31,091 bases of DNA from a virus (lineage: Duplodnaviria; Caudoviricetes): positions 1 through 31,091 of the IMG/VR virus record IMGVR_UViG_3300032327_000996; one strand, 5' to 3'. Shown here piece by piece: positions 14,655-25,109 of this stretch. The translations under genes and the position numbers were made by a program. How positions within the stretch are numbered: the first letter of the stretch is position 1; the number at the start of each line of letters is the position of its first letter. Under the pieces are notes generated by a model. It was not told the origin of the DNA. It ran no database searches and saw only the letters and a program-made list of their open reading frames with translations.

Positions 14655-16187
14655 CTATGTATTGAGTAAAATTATTTTACTGTTGGGTGCGTTTTCATAT
14701 GAAGTTAGTTTTGGTATAACAATATTGTTAGATCGAGTTGGAACATCAGTATTCATCATATCATCATAATATTGTACATGTGTTTGTCTAAAATAGCCGT
14801 TGATTATTTTATGAATTATTAATGGATCTATTGGAGATTTTAATTGTTCTAGTGATAGTTTTTCCATTAAAATTGGTATACCAAACCCATCAACTTTTTT
14901 TATTAATGTTTTTCTTTTTGAATTGACCCGTATATCCATAGCATCAGCTAATTGTTTACATTCCTGATATGTCATAATAGGACTTTTCCAGTCACTAAAC
15001 ATACTTCCATTATTAGGCGACATGTCAGTATAGTAATTTACTAATTCAGGTTTAGTGTTAAACCCGTTCTTTTCTTTTTTCCAAATATAAAGAGGATTAT
15101 AATTTGTATACCCTACAATTTTACTATTCTCTAACCATTGAGTTTGTCTCTCTAAATCTTCTAACGTATCGTGTGGCAGTCCTATCAAAAAGTTAACACT
15201 GATAGCAACATTATCTCCCCATACATTATATAGGTCTTCTAGCACATCTTTTGCTTTTTCTCCAAAACCCTTACCTACGGTAAGCCCTGCTTTTCTGTTA
15301 AATGTTTCTATTCCAAATTTAGTACCACGAACTCCGCAGTTTTTATATATCTCCATCATTTCGGGGTGCTTATGAAATAACTCTAGCCTCATATATCCGC
15401 CGAATTCGAATTCGAATGGAAGTCTATTTACTATTCGTTCTAACAATAATGCTTTTTCCAAACTGTCATTGATAGTATCGTCTGTGAACATATACCGAGT
15501 AGTTCCAAAATGTTCGTAATTATGCATTAAGACGTTATATAAATTTTCCTCTGTTTTTGTCATGTCATGAAAATTTTTACCTAATAAATCATAGGTACAA
15601 TAACTACATTTAAAAACACAGCCCCTTCCAAATTCTAATGGCAGCGTTTCATTGTGTCTTATAGCATCGTGTTTAGTAAACGTTGAATGCTCACTTGAAT
15701 TGTAATCGTCATACTTATAAACTTTGTCAGATATATATTTTACACCATTTATTTCTTCATTAACAACCAATTCTTCATTGTATTCAAGGTGTCTCATTAT
15801 TGCCAAGAGTGTTGACTCTGCTTGTCCTATAACTCCGTAATCAAATGGCAAGACAGGTCTCAATCCGTGTATTATTTCTGAACCGCCTACTATGAATATT
15901 GCACCTTTTGCAATACTTTTGCACATATTAAAAATCCACTCAAAAGAATCATCGACTGAACCTCTAAAATTAAATAGGGTAGTAGATAGACAAATATACT
16001 TTGTCTTTACATCTACAAATTTAAGTATAAAATTTGTGACTTTTTCCTTGTCTAATTTTAATACATGATTGAGTGCCACTGCACTGTACCCACATTCTCT
16101 AAACACATTTGCTATAATATAGGCGCCGGCGGGTCTAACTGTCAGATAGTCATGTGAATAATTGCAAAATATAACAGCATCAGTCAT
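14655..16187 (-). CDS. Radical SAM protein with N-terminal B12-binding-like domain (class B-like)
   Basis: GRGCVFKCSYC, FTDDTIND, FGIET, IGLPHDT; N-terminal P.G...IA...IVGG...GQAE. Confidence 0.88.
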   Translation of the reverse strand: MTDAVIFCNYSHDYLTVRPAGAYIIANVFRECGYSAVALNHVLKLDKEKVTNFILKFVDVKTKYICLSTTLFNFRGSVDDSFEWIFNMCKSIAKGAIFIVGGSEIIHGLRPVLPFDYGVIGQAESTLLAIMRHLEYNEELVVNEEINGVKYISDKVYKYDDYNSSEHSTFTKHDAIRHNETLPLEFGRGCVFKCSYCTYDLLGKNFHDMTKTEENLYNVLMHNYEHFGTTRYMFTDDTINDSLEKALLLERIVNRLPFEFEFGGYMRLELFHKHPEMMEIYKNCGVRGTKFGIETFNRKAGLTVGKGFGEKAKDVLEDLYNVWGDNVAISVNFLIGLPHDTLEDLERQTQWLENSKIVGYTNYNPLYIWKKEKNGFNTKPELVNYYTDMSPNNGSMFSDWKSPIMTYQECKQLADAMDIRVNSKRKTLIKKVDGFGIPILMEKLSLEQLKSPIDPLIIHKIINGYFRQTHVQYYDDMMNTDVPTRSNNIVIPKLTSYENAPNSKIILLNT

Positions 16188-16725
16188 TGTTTTTGTACTC
16201 GACTACAAATTGATTTACATAATATATAATCTTTTGACCAATTGGTTTAAAGTTTCTATAGATATCAGGCCAATCATTAAACATTCCTGGACTCTTGCCT
16301 GCTTCCGCACGAACGAACCATTGATAAATTGCACTGTTGTATGAATCAGCGGTGATATATAAATGTTTGTAATCTCTGGTACTTTCTATAATTTTAGGCA
16401 GTATATACTCACCCATATAGTATTTTGTTCTATATTTTGGATCAACATATGCTCTAGTTAGAGCAAGAGCAATAGAAGGATCTAACTCATATTCATTCCA
16501 ACCGGCACTACAAATATATTCTCCGTCATCTTCTAACACATAATAGCAGCCACGCTTGTATCTTCCATTGACATCATTCAATATATAAAAAATGTTAGCC
16601 GGATCATTTTTGTAATCAGGATGATAATTTTTAATAATATCATTATCTGATATCTTAGAAAGAGAAACCTCTAACAAGTTCATTACAAACTTATTAGAGG
16701 AATCATGCAATTCATGCAATAGCAT
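16180..16725 (-). CDS. GNAT-fold acetyltransferase-like protein
   Basis: YYVLEDDGEYICSAG...RAYVDPKYR motif-A-like segment. Confidence 0.65.
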   Translation of the reverse strand: MLLHELHDSSNKFVMNLLEVSLSKISDNDIIKNYHPDYKNDPANIFYILNDVNGRYKRGCYYVLEDDGEYICSAGWNEYELDPSIALALTRAYVDPKYRTKYYMGEYILPKIIESTRDYKHLYITADSYNSAIYQWFVRAEAGKSPGMFNDWPDIYRNFKPIGQKIIYYVNQFVVEYKNND

Positions 16726-17270
16726 TAAGGTGCTACTTTGCCCACTGCATTTATAACTGCGGCAATCTTACCCACTGCTTGCAATTGCTGTACTGTCATA
16801 CCCTCATTCTTTAGAATATCGTAGTGTGACTTAACACAGAAGTGACACTTGCCAACAATACTTGCACATAATGCATACATTTCAAACTTTAATTTTGAAA
16901 CACCACCGTGTGTGGCATACGCTTGCATTCTTAAGCCTGCAGGTAATCCCTTAAGGTTTTCATCACCAGTCATTTCAACAAATGGATAGTATATATTATT
17001 CATACCCATTAATGCGGCTGCTGTTTTGGCGGCATCACGCTCTACTGCTCCCATTAATGGACCATTCATTTGAATTTCAAATGCTAGTTCCCCGTTGCCA
17101 GCTGCAATAGCGGCTGCTAATGCACAAGCATGTGCATCTACTAAATCTAAACCGCTACGATTAATAACCGCATCTAAGTTTAATTTAATATCTTTGGCAT
17201 GATCTGGAATTGATTCTTTTACATTAGCAACCCAGTCACCACCAATTGTTATTGGAGTAACTTGGGTCAT
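16725..17270 (-). CDS. ahpD: Alkyl hydroperoxidase AhpD
   Basis: PDHAKDIKLNL, MGMNNIYY, CHFCVKSH; start 17270 overlaps the ahpC stop. Confidence 0.92.
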   Translation of the reverse strand: MTQVTPITIGGDWVANVKESIPDHAKDIKLNLDAVINRSGLDLVDAHACALAAAIAAGNGELAFEIQMNGPLMGAVERDAAKTAAALMGMNNIYYPFVEMTGDENLKGLPAGLRMQAYATHGGVSKLKFEMYALCASIVGKCHFCVKSHYDILKNEGMTVQQLQAVGKIAAVINAVGKVAP

Positions 17271-17821
17271 AGTGTTTCGCCACCGATTGGACGACTGCAT
17301 GGACATAGTTCGCCGGTTTGCAATGCATCAAGTACACGTAATGCTTCATCTGGATTACGACCAACGTCCAAATTGTTAACTGTAACATGCTGAATGACAT
17401 TCTCGGGATCAACAATAAATGTTGCACGAAGTGCCGCACCAGCAGGTGCATAGAATACGCCCAATTGTTCAATTAAACTTACACTACCGCGTTCTTCACC
17501 GGATTGATGACGAGCAGTGTCGGCAAACTGAATGTGCTTAATTTTACCCAAATCTGCATGGCTACGTTGCCATGCTAATTTACAGAATTCATTGTCTGTT
17601 GATCCTGTAAGTAATACTGCATCACGATCAGCAAAGTCTTGGAATAACTTGTCGTATGCTACGATTTCTGTAGGGCACACGAATGTGAAATCTTTTGGAT
17701 AGTAAACAATTACTTTCCACTTGCCTTCAAAACTTTTTTCTGTAATAGTAAAGAAGTCATCTTTACCTGGGTTAACGCCTGTTACAGCAAATGCTGTTAA
17801 TTTATCTCCGACTGTTTTCAT
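17267..17821 (-). CDS. ahpC: Peroxiredoxin AhpC
   Basis: YPKDFTFVCPTE, RATFIVDP, ELCPC; AAGGAG SD before MKTVGD. Confidence 0.96.
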   Translation of the reverse strand: MKTVGDKLTAFAVTGVNPGKDDFFTITEKSFEGKWKVIVYYPKDFTFVCPTEIVAYDKLFQDFADRDAVLLTGSTDNEFCKLAWQRSHADLGKIKHIQFADTARHQSGEERGSVSLIEQLGVFYAPAGAALRATFIVDPENVIQHVTVNNLDVGRNPDEALRVLDALQTGELCPCSRPIGGETL

Positions 17822-17900
17822 AATTTCTCCTTTGTGTGTGAAATGAAATTCAATAAAATATTGAAACAATATTTAGATTTTTATTCTAACATTTAATATT

Positions 17901-18206
17901 TTATTCATCAATATTTTTTGGTAAACCGTTACTGTGTTTATCTGTTACTTTTTCGGTATCTTGGAACAAACGTTTCTCTTGCGCTGTAAGTTTGTCTTTA
18001 TGTGTCTTGCGAGGATTTCCGCACATCAGACACCCTGGTTGTCCGCAATCCATAGCGTGATGCTTTGCTAAACGATGTGGTTCTTTGATTGCTTTGTCTT
18101 TGTTAGTTAAACCATGCGCTTTTGCAATCTTAACTTGTCTTGCAACTGCTACAAGATTTTTATGGCGGCGGCGACTGTTAATAAATTTTGCTGTATCATT
18201 AGCCAT
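17901..18206 (-). CDS. Basic hypothetical protein with a Cys cluster
   Basis: DCGQPGCLMCGNPR. Confidence 0.7.
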   Translation of the reverse strand: MANDTAKFINSRRRHKNLVAVARQVKIAKAHGLTNKDKAIKEPHRLAKHHAMDCGQPGCLMCGNPRKTHKDKLTAQEKRLFQDTEKVTDKHSNGLPKNIDE

Positions 18207-18586
18207 TACTGTCTCTTTCTATAATCTTCTACTGCGGCTTTGATGGCGTCTTCGGCAAGGATTGAGCAATGGATTTTGACCGGGGGGAGTGCAAGTTCCT
18301 CTGCGATTTGACTGTTTCGGAGCTTGGAAGCTTCGTCAAGTGTTTTCCCCTTGACCCATTCAGTGACAAGACTTGAGCTAGCAATAGCCGACCCGCACCC
18401 ATATGTTTTAAATTTGGCATCTGTTATTAATCCTGTTAGTTTATCTACTTTTATTTGCAATTTCATTACATCACCGCATGCAGGGGCTCCTACCATTCCC
18501 GTACCCACATCATTGTCGTCTTTTGCAAAACTACCCACGTTGCGTGGGTTTTCATAATGGTCAACTACTGCGGCTGAATATGCCAT
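18206..18586 (-). CDS. iscU: Fe-S cluster scaffold IscU
   Basis: DHYENPRNVG, GAPACGD, YGCGSAIASSS, LPPVKIHCS. Confidence 0.98.
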   Translation of the reverse strand: MAYSAAVVDHYENPRNVGSFAKDDNDVGTGMVGAPACGDVMKLQIKVDKLTGLITDAKFKTYGCGSAIASSSLVTEWVKGKTLDEASKLRNSQIAEELALPPVKIHCSILAEDAIKAAVEDYRKRQ

Positions 18587-18589
18587 ATA

Positions 18590-18706
18590 TCAATCCTTTT
18601 TAAACATAGTGAAGATTTTTGCTTGAATGTTTTTTGCAAACTGTGGTTGAGGGAAATTCCAACCAATAAATGCACCTAATGCTAACCAAAATAATGTTTC
18701 CAACAT
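18590..18706 (-). CDS. Small membrane protein (38 aa, MLETLFWLALGAFIGWNFPQP...)
   Basis: AAGGAG SD, TAAATA upstream, one hydrophobic helix; not in the ORF track. Confidence 0.7.
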   Translation of the reverse strand: MLETLFWLALGAFIGWNFPQPQFAKNIQAKIFTMFKKD

Positions 18707-18733
18707 AATCAATACTCCTTATATGTATTGTAT

Positions 18734-19300
18734 TTAGTATGCCTCGTCCGCATTGTCAATAACTATCCAGCCTAATTTTAATAAATCAGCACGAATCTCG
18801 TCAGTAACTACACTTTCATTTACAAAGTTGTTTTTTATGTATAAGTAGTTTTCTTGTTGCTCTTTAGTCATGTCGTTGTATTCTTCATCGGATACTTCGC
18901 CCTTGATACCTGAACAGTACCAATCGATGTAGTCGCCCTTCTCAATCATATTAGCTACTATACCACCGGCACTGCGCCAACTAGCACTCCAACGCTTTTC
19001 TGTTAGTATAGGAATAACATCGTTTTTAGTAAAGTCATTGTTACATATAGCGGCATAAAGATTCTGTGCGTATGCTTCACTTTGTTTAGCTTTATCACAA
19101 ATCCATTTAGCAGACCGAAGGTCATACTCCATGTTGTATGCTTTCCACTCATCAGTAGCTTCTAGATCACGCTGGCGCTCGTCCCATGACTTAAAAAACT
19201 CAATCATATTTTCTGCTGATTCCGCAGACTGGTCGCCTTGCTCTACACGCTTTAATTGATTTTCTATTTGAAAAGTTCCGCGTTCTGGGCTACTATTCAT
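18734..19300 (-). CDS. Hypothetical phage protein
   Basis: Operonic ORF; YAQNLYAAICNN, SWRSAGG and YIDWYCSG stretches; function unknown. Confidence 0.8.
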   Translation of the reverse strand: MNSSPERGTFQIENQLKRVEQGDQSAESAENMIEFFKSWDERQRDLEATDEWKAYNMEYDLRSAKWICDKAKQSEAYAQNLYAAICNNDFTKNDVIPILTEKRWSASWRSAGGIVANMIEKGDYIDWYCSGIKGEVSDEEYNDMTKEQQENYLYIKNNFVNESVVTDEIRADLLKLGWIVIDNADEAY

Positions 19301-19769
19301 CTTCTACCTCTATCCATGTGTGATCGCCTAACCATTTAACTTTACACAAATATTCATATTCAGTGGGAGCACTACTAGACCAATCATTGGGTCCATTAAT
19401 GCTCAACCTAGTAAATTGTTTTCTATGGTCGTACAACAACCAATATATACTACCATTTGATAACTGAAAGTCGTATTTGGCTGCATGTACCATGTCAGTC
19501 AAATCAAGTCTATGCTTAATTTGCTCCGCTTGCTTTTGTAAAACATTCACTAGTTCCATGATTCTATCATATTCTTGCTTGGCATGCAACCTAGCAACGT
19601 TCAACATGATATCTTTATGCTTCTCTACCGGCACTAAATCAAATTTGGGTCCGCCCGATTCTGTCGCATATGGTGTTACATTGCGATTAAAAAAGTGGAT
19701 TAGCGAACCACTAGACGTAGAATCGTAACTACTTCTACCGTTCGCTGAGTTTAGTTTGTCATCAGACAT
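19293..19769 (-). CDS. Hypothetical protein (DUF2452-like)
   Basis: TPYATESGGPKF, coiled coil, GDHTW C-terminus; family assignment from recall only. Confidence 0.6.
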   Translation of the reverse strand: MSDDKLNSANGRSSYDSTSSGSLIHFFNRNVTPYATESGGPKFDLVPVEKHKDIMLNVARLHAKQEYDRIMELVNVLQKQAEQIKHRLDLTDMVHAAKYDFQLSNGSIYWLLYDHRKQFTRLSINGPNDWSSSAPTEYEYLCKVKWLGDHTWIEVEDE

Positions 19770-20869
19770 TAAAACAAATCAATTTTTTCCCAGGGCAGAT
19801 TAGATTTACCAAAATGCCCATAGTTAGTAGTTGTATGATATATTGGTCTAAACAAATTGAATCGTTCAATGATGCCTTTAGGTGTCAAATCAACATTGTC
19901 TTGTATCCATTTAGTTAAAGTGCGGGCTTGCGTAATATCTGCCGTTTCAATATAGAAACTCATAGGCTGTGCTAATCCAATAGCATAACTAATCTGACAT
20001 GTTGCCCAATCTGCTTTACCACTAGCGACAATGTTTTTGGCAATATAACGCATCATGTATGCGGCCGATCGATCCACTTTCGTAGGGTCTTTACCACTGA
20101 ACGCACCGCCGCCATGGGGACTATAACCGCCATAAGTATCAACAATAATTTTACGGCCAGTAAGACCAGTATCGCCGTCAGGGCCACCGATAACAAATCT
20201 ACCAGTAGGGTTGATAAAAAATTCAGTATCATTGTCAATATATTGTTTAGGTAACAATTCTCTAATTACTTGCTCTACTAACTCACGAACCAAATCGATA
20301 CTAGCATTTTCTACATGTTGAGTAGAACATACAACTTTGGCAATACGCTTAGGAGTACCATCATCATTGTATTCAAATGTCACTTGACTCTTTGCATCCG
20401 GGCCTAATATTGACAGACTGCCGTTTTTTCTAAGTTCTGTTAATCGTTCAACAATACGATGGCTCCAATAAATTGCGCTAGGCATATGATTTTCAGTTTC
20501 GTTACATGCATAACCAAACATTAATCCTTGATCGCCGGCGCCAAAGTTGTCTGTACCTAGTGCAATATCTGCGCTTTGACCATGTAGTAAGTTTGTGATT
20601 TCAACTGTACGCCAATCAAAACCAGATTGTTCATAACCAATATCTTTGATAATCTTGCGTACAGCACTATCAATTTCTTCATTGTGGAGAACACCTTTGT
20701 ATTCTCCGGCAACAACAACACGATTAGTAGTAACTAATGTTTCACAGGCACAACGCATTGCACTGTCTTCTTTTGCCATTACTAAATCTAGTACACTATC
20801 ACTTATTGCATCAGCAATTTTATCCGGGTGTCCCTCAGACACCGATTCACTTGTAAATAAATAACTCAT
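19769..20869 (-). CDS. metK: S-adenosylmethionine synthetase
   Basis: FTSESVSEGHPDK, GAGDQG, GGGAFSGKD. Confidence 0.99.
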   Translation of the reverse strand: MSYLFTSESVSEGHPDKIADAISDSVLDLVMAKEDSAMRCACETLVTTNRVVVAGEYKGVLHNEEIDSAVRKIIKDIGYEQSGFDWRTVEITNLLHGQSADIALGTDNFGAGDQGLMFGYACNETENHMPSAIYWSHRIVERLTELRKNGSLSILGPDAKSQVTFEYNDDGTPKRIAKVVCSTQHVENASIDLVRELVEQVIRELLPKQYIDNDTEFFINPTGRFVIGGPDGDTGLTGRKIIVDTYGGYSPHGGGAFSGKDPTKVDRSAAYMMRYIAKNIVASGKADWATCQISYAIGLAQPMSFYIETADITQARTLTKWIQDNVDLTPKGIIERFNLFRPIYHTTTNYGHFGKSNLPWEKIDLF

Positions 20870-20917
20870 TGATTCCTTTAGTAGTTTATATAGTATAACA
20901 CTATATGTCTACTTATG

Positions 20918-21523
20918 TTAGATTTTTTGGGTGTTTGTTTTTTGTGGTTTTTTATGCTTACTATAGAAAATATGATTTCCAATTTTCTTTACTTGTTGAT
21001 ATGGCCAAGAAGGAGAAACAGATAAGTTATGAAAGAATAATGTAGACTTTGGAACTACTTCCGCATATGCGTCATTTGCCATAACTTCATATGCAATATG
21101 TTTTGCTTGAATATATTTTGGATTATTTTTGTTGGGTTCACCTTTATTTTCACAAACCCAACTAAATTGACAAAGTTTTACTTTTTGCATCTCACCCTCA
21201 TCATTTTCTCTTTCAACATAAGATGCTTGATATATAACATTGCATGGATTAGAACCAAACCCATGTGTTACTCGATTAAGTACTACTCTTGCTATAGCTG
21301 CCTGACCGTGAATAGATTCACCGTTGGCTTCATAAAAGATATTTTTTGCCATACATGTAAGTTGTTTTGGATCTACTGCTTTTGCTACTTTAGCAACCTC
21401 TGCAACAGGTTCAGGTGTGTCCTTGAATAAGAAATATCTTTCTTCAGTATTAGTAATAATGAATCCAGATATTAGTATTAATAATCCGGTGACTATCCTT
21501 AAAAATTTAATTTTATCTATCAT
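20918..21523 (-). CDS. SleB/Hydrolase_2 cell-wall hydrolase
   Basis: CMAKNIFYEANGE, VVLNRV, CQFSW, IGNHIFY; N-terminal hydrophobic segment. Confidence 0.92.
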   Translation of the reverse strand: MIDKIKFLRIVTGLLILISGFIITNTEERYFLFKDTPEPVAEVAKVAKAVDPKQLTCMAKNIFYEANGESIHGQAAIARVVLNRVTHGFGSNPCNVIYQASYVERENDEGEMQKVKLCQFSWVCENKGEPNKNNPKYIQAKHIAYEVMANDAYAEVVPKSTLFFHNLSVSPSWPYQQVKKIGNHIFYSKHKKPQKTNTQKI

Positions 21524-21540
21524 GAGAAAAATCCTTAGTT

Positions 21541-24500
21541 TTATGCTAGATTCCAGCAATCACAATTGCAACGAATAACTTCGTCAATTGCTTCATTAAC
21601 TGTGTATGTACTAGGCATTAATGTTGATGATGAATACCATGAGTTTAAGTTTGGTGGTATCAAGTCTACATAAGGTGATCCTGCAAATGAGCCCGGTATA
21701 TATGCAAGACCGGTATCAATTGGGACACCGTTTATAACATACTCTCCGTCATCGTTGAGGGTACCTTCTGGGTTAGGTGTTACATCTTCTCCGTCACGTA
21801 TAGTAACAGGAGTTGATATCACTGTAGTGCTAGGACCATTTGGTAATGTTCCGTTTACTATTAACACTTTTTGCTGGTCGTATGGTAATTGATCAGATAT
21901 ATTATTATCTAATGAAATCCCTATTGCTGCCAATCTATCTTGGTTACGATTCTCTCTCATCATGCCCACAATACTCTGTCCACCAATCGTATCCCAATTT
22001 GTAATATTTTCTAATGTTTGAGCATACATGTGTGGTTCTGTGTTTTTACCATATTGTGGAACAGAATCAACAAATGTATAAATTGTAGTAGGGTAAAGAG
22101 ATAAGAAGTTTTCTCTTTCAGCAGTAGCCACTACTCCTGTATCTAATGGGGGACGTAGTCCTTCTTGTCTAGCACGTTGTTCAATAGTTAATTGGGCGCC
22201 CGTAGTATTCCATGAGTTATTAAGACTCTTACATGCTGCCGGCTTTGCTAATAAGATAGCATCAATCTCTATATTTGCTTGGTCAATATATAATTGAATA
22301 GGCGTGTTCATACCTGGCCATTGTGCAGGACCTGTTACTATAGTTCCACGTGACCCTTTGCCATATCCCAATGACACATTAGTACCACTTGTTGAAAAAT
22401 CACCATTTGATTGTACGGGTAAGTTGTCCGGCGGGGGCAACTGAATATATATTATTTCTTCAGGTGGAGTTGGTGCTGCTGGTGGTCCAGCTTGCATAAC
22501 TGATGTCGTTGTATATTTGTATGGGTTACCAAAATCTGCACTTAAACTATTAACTCTACCAAAATCTCCCGGTATGTTATTGTCGTTTGTTCCTATAGTA
22601 CAAGTTGCACTTGCGCCAACATTATTTGGTTGTATAGTAATTACTGGTGGGGGTGCAGTTCCTCTACCATATCCTCCACCTTTAACATCTACTTCAAAGG
22701 TTATTGTGTAATACCAATCATCAATTCTAGGCAAACCGGCATATGGAGGGTCTTCAGTAGGAGGATCATATGCCTGAATCATTACGTTATATACTGTTTG
22801 AGTGATACTCATTCTTGCACGTTGATATGTTACAGCAAGATATAACTCATGGTATATATTGAATAGTTTTCTAGTTGCTACTTCTCTTAGTTTATCATAT
22901 ATATTTGATAATGGACCGTTATAAGGCAATCCACTCATACAGCCAAAGAAGTCACTCATTGTGTAAGAACCCTGGGGGCCACTACCTAATGCAATCTTAG
23001 GTCTACCTAATGTACGCAATGGTAAATTAGTAGGGACTAAATTGTTACTATTGGCATTAGTATTCAACCCTGCCATTGTTTCTAAGTTAGTTACTACCTG
23101 TGCAAATTTTTCAATTTGTACTTCTTGTATGTTTTGTATCTGTTGCATTGCCGCACTGAACGCGCCGGCGCCTATAGCAACGTCAGGTGGTATTATGCTT
23201 GATAAGTATGAACCGTAACCTTTTGCCGGTACTTGTATTTGGGTAGAACCATTAGAACTGGTTGTATTTACATTATTGTCATTGTTAATTTCTTTTAACT
23301 GCTGCTCTACACTTACTTCTGCTATTGCCGGGGGAACATTATTTATAAGAGGAGTACCTATAGGAGTTTGAATTCCGATTTGATTTAATATTTGCGTACT
23401 TGTTAAATCTGAATTTATTGTTCCGGATGAGTTGTATATAGGAAATGCTATCTTACTATTTTGTGCACCATTTTGTGTTCCAGTATTGTATAACTGTACA
23501 GTTAATGTTGTGTAACTATTAGGGAACATTTTTGCCGGATTCAATAAATCTACTAAAGAAGTCAAACCGGGTGTTTTGCAGTTCAATGGAACTAACACTT
23601 CATCTAATGTTTCCCCCACTGTAATATAATATGCCGCGTATAATTTACGCTCCTGATCAGGTGTAGGTTGAGTTATATTAGATAATATAGCACCTAGTTC
23701 ATCTACCGGTATACCTGCTGATATAATTGCTAAACTTAAGTTTTTAGTCAACGAATTGTATTTGGCTAATGTCTTTAATAAGTTTGAGGGCAATCCATAA
23801 GTAGCAATTGTAGATAAATCAATTGCCTTGCCTAATGCAATCAAGTCTTGGCCAAATGCTTTTGTTGCTAAACTTACATTAGTGATATCAGCAGTAATAA
23901 GGTCATTCATATTACTGTATGTGCCTTCAAGGAAGTCTTTACTATTATCTACTGATAAGATGGCATTATTAGAATAACTAATGAAACCATAAGCATTTTG
24001 CCATTGCTGTACAAAATCTCTGTAACCTGCAGGATTTAAACTATCGCCTGCTGATAGTGTATTATTGTAATTAAACTCCATCCAGGCTTGTAATGCCATC
24101 AATCTAATATAAGCCCATTGAGTCGCAGGATTGGCTGTGTCTGGACTAGATGTCACTGGCAATGGTTGATTATTCTTATAAAGAGATCCGCCCCATCCTT
24201 TGTAATCACCTAAGTTAAATGTGCCGGTTCCAAATCTACCAATCAATTCTTCCCAAGTATACACCATTGATTTGGCATTACCTAATCCTGGAACTTGACT
24301 ATCAATTACAAATGAACCAGTTGTTGAAACACCATATGCAGCAGTCGAATATATTCTGAATGTACCAGCAGAGCCAGTTTCAATCATCCAATTGCCATTA
24401 TACCCTGTAGGACTTGCGCCATTAATTCTTATATAGGTTCCTGGCACTAACACAAATGATTGATTATATGTTACATCGAAATAGAATTGCTCAGTACCGG

Positions 24501-24828
24501 AAATAACACCGGATGTAATATTTGTTATAGGTATAGCATTTGTACCACCACCTATACTTATTAAGTTGTTATATGTAGTTTGGTTGGGTGTACCATCGGG
24601 CGGCGTGCCAGGAGTTATATCTAGGTGACCGTTATAAGCCTCATTGATAGCATGTGTAATAACACGTAATACAGTATCCTGGCAAACACGACCAAATGAA
24701 TAACCACCAAAATTTTGTGATGAACCTACCCATGAGGCAAACTTAGGGTTTATTTGTAAACCCTGTGTGTTTAATAGTGAATTAACACTATTAACGCCTA
24801 ATGGACTTTGTTTACCTGTATCACTCAT
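21541..24828 (-). CDS. Large probable virion (tail/baseplate-associated) protein
   Basis: 1095 aa, rich in G/T/N/P/S, GGGYG motif, coupled to PAAR; no exact family recognised. Confidence 0.6.
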   Translation of the reverse strand: MSDTGKQSPLGVNSVNSLLNTQGLQINPKFASWVGSSQNFGGYSFGRVCQDTVLRVITHAINEAYNGHLDITPGTPPDGTPNQTTYNNLISIGGGTNAIPITNITSGVISGTEQFYFDVTYNQSFVLVPGTYIRINGASPTGYNGNWMIETGSAGTFRIYSTAAYGVSTTGSFVIDSQVPGLGNAKSMVYTWEELIGRFGTGTFNLGDYKGWGGSLYKNNQPLPVTSSPDTANPATQWAYIRLMALQAWMEFNYNNTLSAGDSLNPAGYRDFVQQWQNAYGFISYSNNAILSVDNSKDFLEGTYSNMNDLITADITNVSLATKAFGQDLIALGKAIDLSTIATYGLPSNLLKTLAKYNSLTKNLSLAIISAGIPVDELGAILSNITQPTPDQERKLYAAYYITVGETLDEVLVPLNCKTPGLTSLVDLLNPAKMFPNSYTTLTVQLYNTGTQNGAQNSKIAFPIYNSSGTINSDLTSTQILNQIGIQTPIGTPLINNVPPAIAEVSVEQQLKEINNDNNVNTTSSNGSTQIQVPAKGYGSYLSSIIPPDVAIGAGAFSAAMQQIQNIQEVQIEKFAQVVTNLETMAGLNTNANSNNLVPTNLPLRTLGRPKIALGSGPQGSYTMSDFFGCMSGLPYNGPLSNIYDKLREVATRKLFNIYHELYLAVTYQRARMSITQTVYNVMIQAYDPPTEDPPYAGLPRIDDWYYTITFEVDVKGGGYGRGTAPPPVITIQPNNVGASATCTIGTNDNNIPGDFGRVNSLSADFGNPYKYTTTSVMQAGPPAAPTPPEEIIYIQLPPPDNLPVQSNGDFSTSGTNVSLGYGKGSRGTIVTGPAQWPGMNTPIQLYIDQANIEIDAILLAKPAACKSLNNSWNTTGAQLTIEQRARQEGLRPPLDTGVVATAERENFLSLYPTTIYTFVDSVPQYGKNTEPHMYAQTLENITNWDTIGGQSIVGMMRENRNQDRLAAIGISLDNNISDQLPYDQQKVLIVNGTLPNGPSTTVISTPVTIRDGEDVTPNPEGTLNDDGEYVINGVPIDTGLAYIPGSFAGSPYVDLIPPNLNSWYSSSTLMPSTYTVNEAIDEVIRCNCDCWNLA

Positions 24829-25106
24829 GGTACAAATACATCAGGACTACCTTGTGCCATATGATGACCACAACTATTACCTGACCCTACTCTGGCTACT
24901 GCTATACCGTCGGCGAATACACTAGGGCTAGCATCTGTTACAGTAGCACTTTTATGAGGACCATGACTTTTTCCCCATGGTGCATGTGGGCTAATTCTGC
25001 TGCCTTGCTGTCCTACTAATATTCCATTAGCAAAGACTGTTGTAGCACCTGCAATGATTGCACCCTGCATCTCATTTGTATCGCCTATACGGCATATCTG
25101 TGGCAT
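24825..25106 (-). CDS. PAAR-repeat spike-tip protein (gp5.4-like)
   Basis: RIGD, TVFANG, SVFADGIAVARVG..SCGH..AQGSPDVF. Confidence 0.92.
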   Translation of the reverse strand: MPQICRIGDTNEMQGAIIAGATTVFANGILVGQQGSRISPHAPWGKSHGPHKSATVTDASPSVFADGIAVARVGSGNSCGHHMAQGSPDVFVP

Positions 25107-25109
25107 TAA

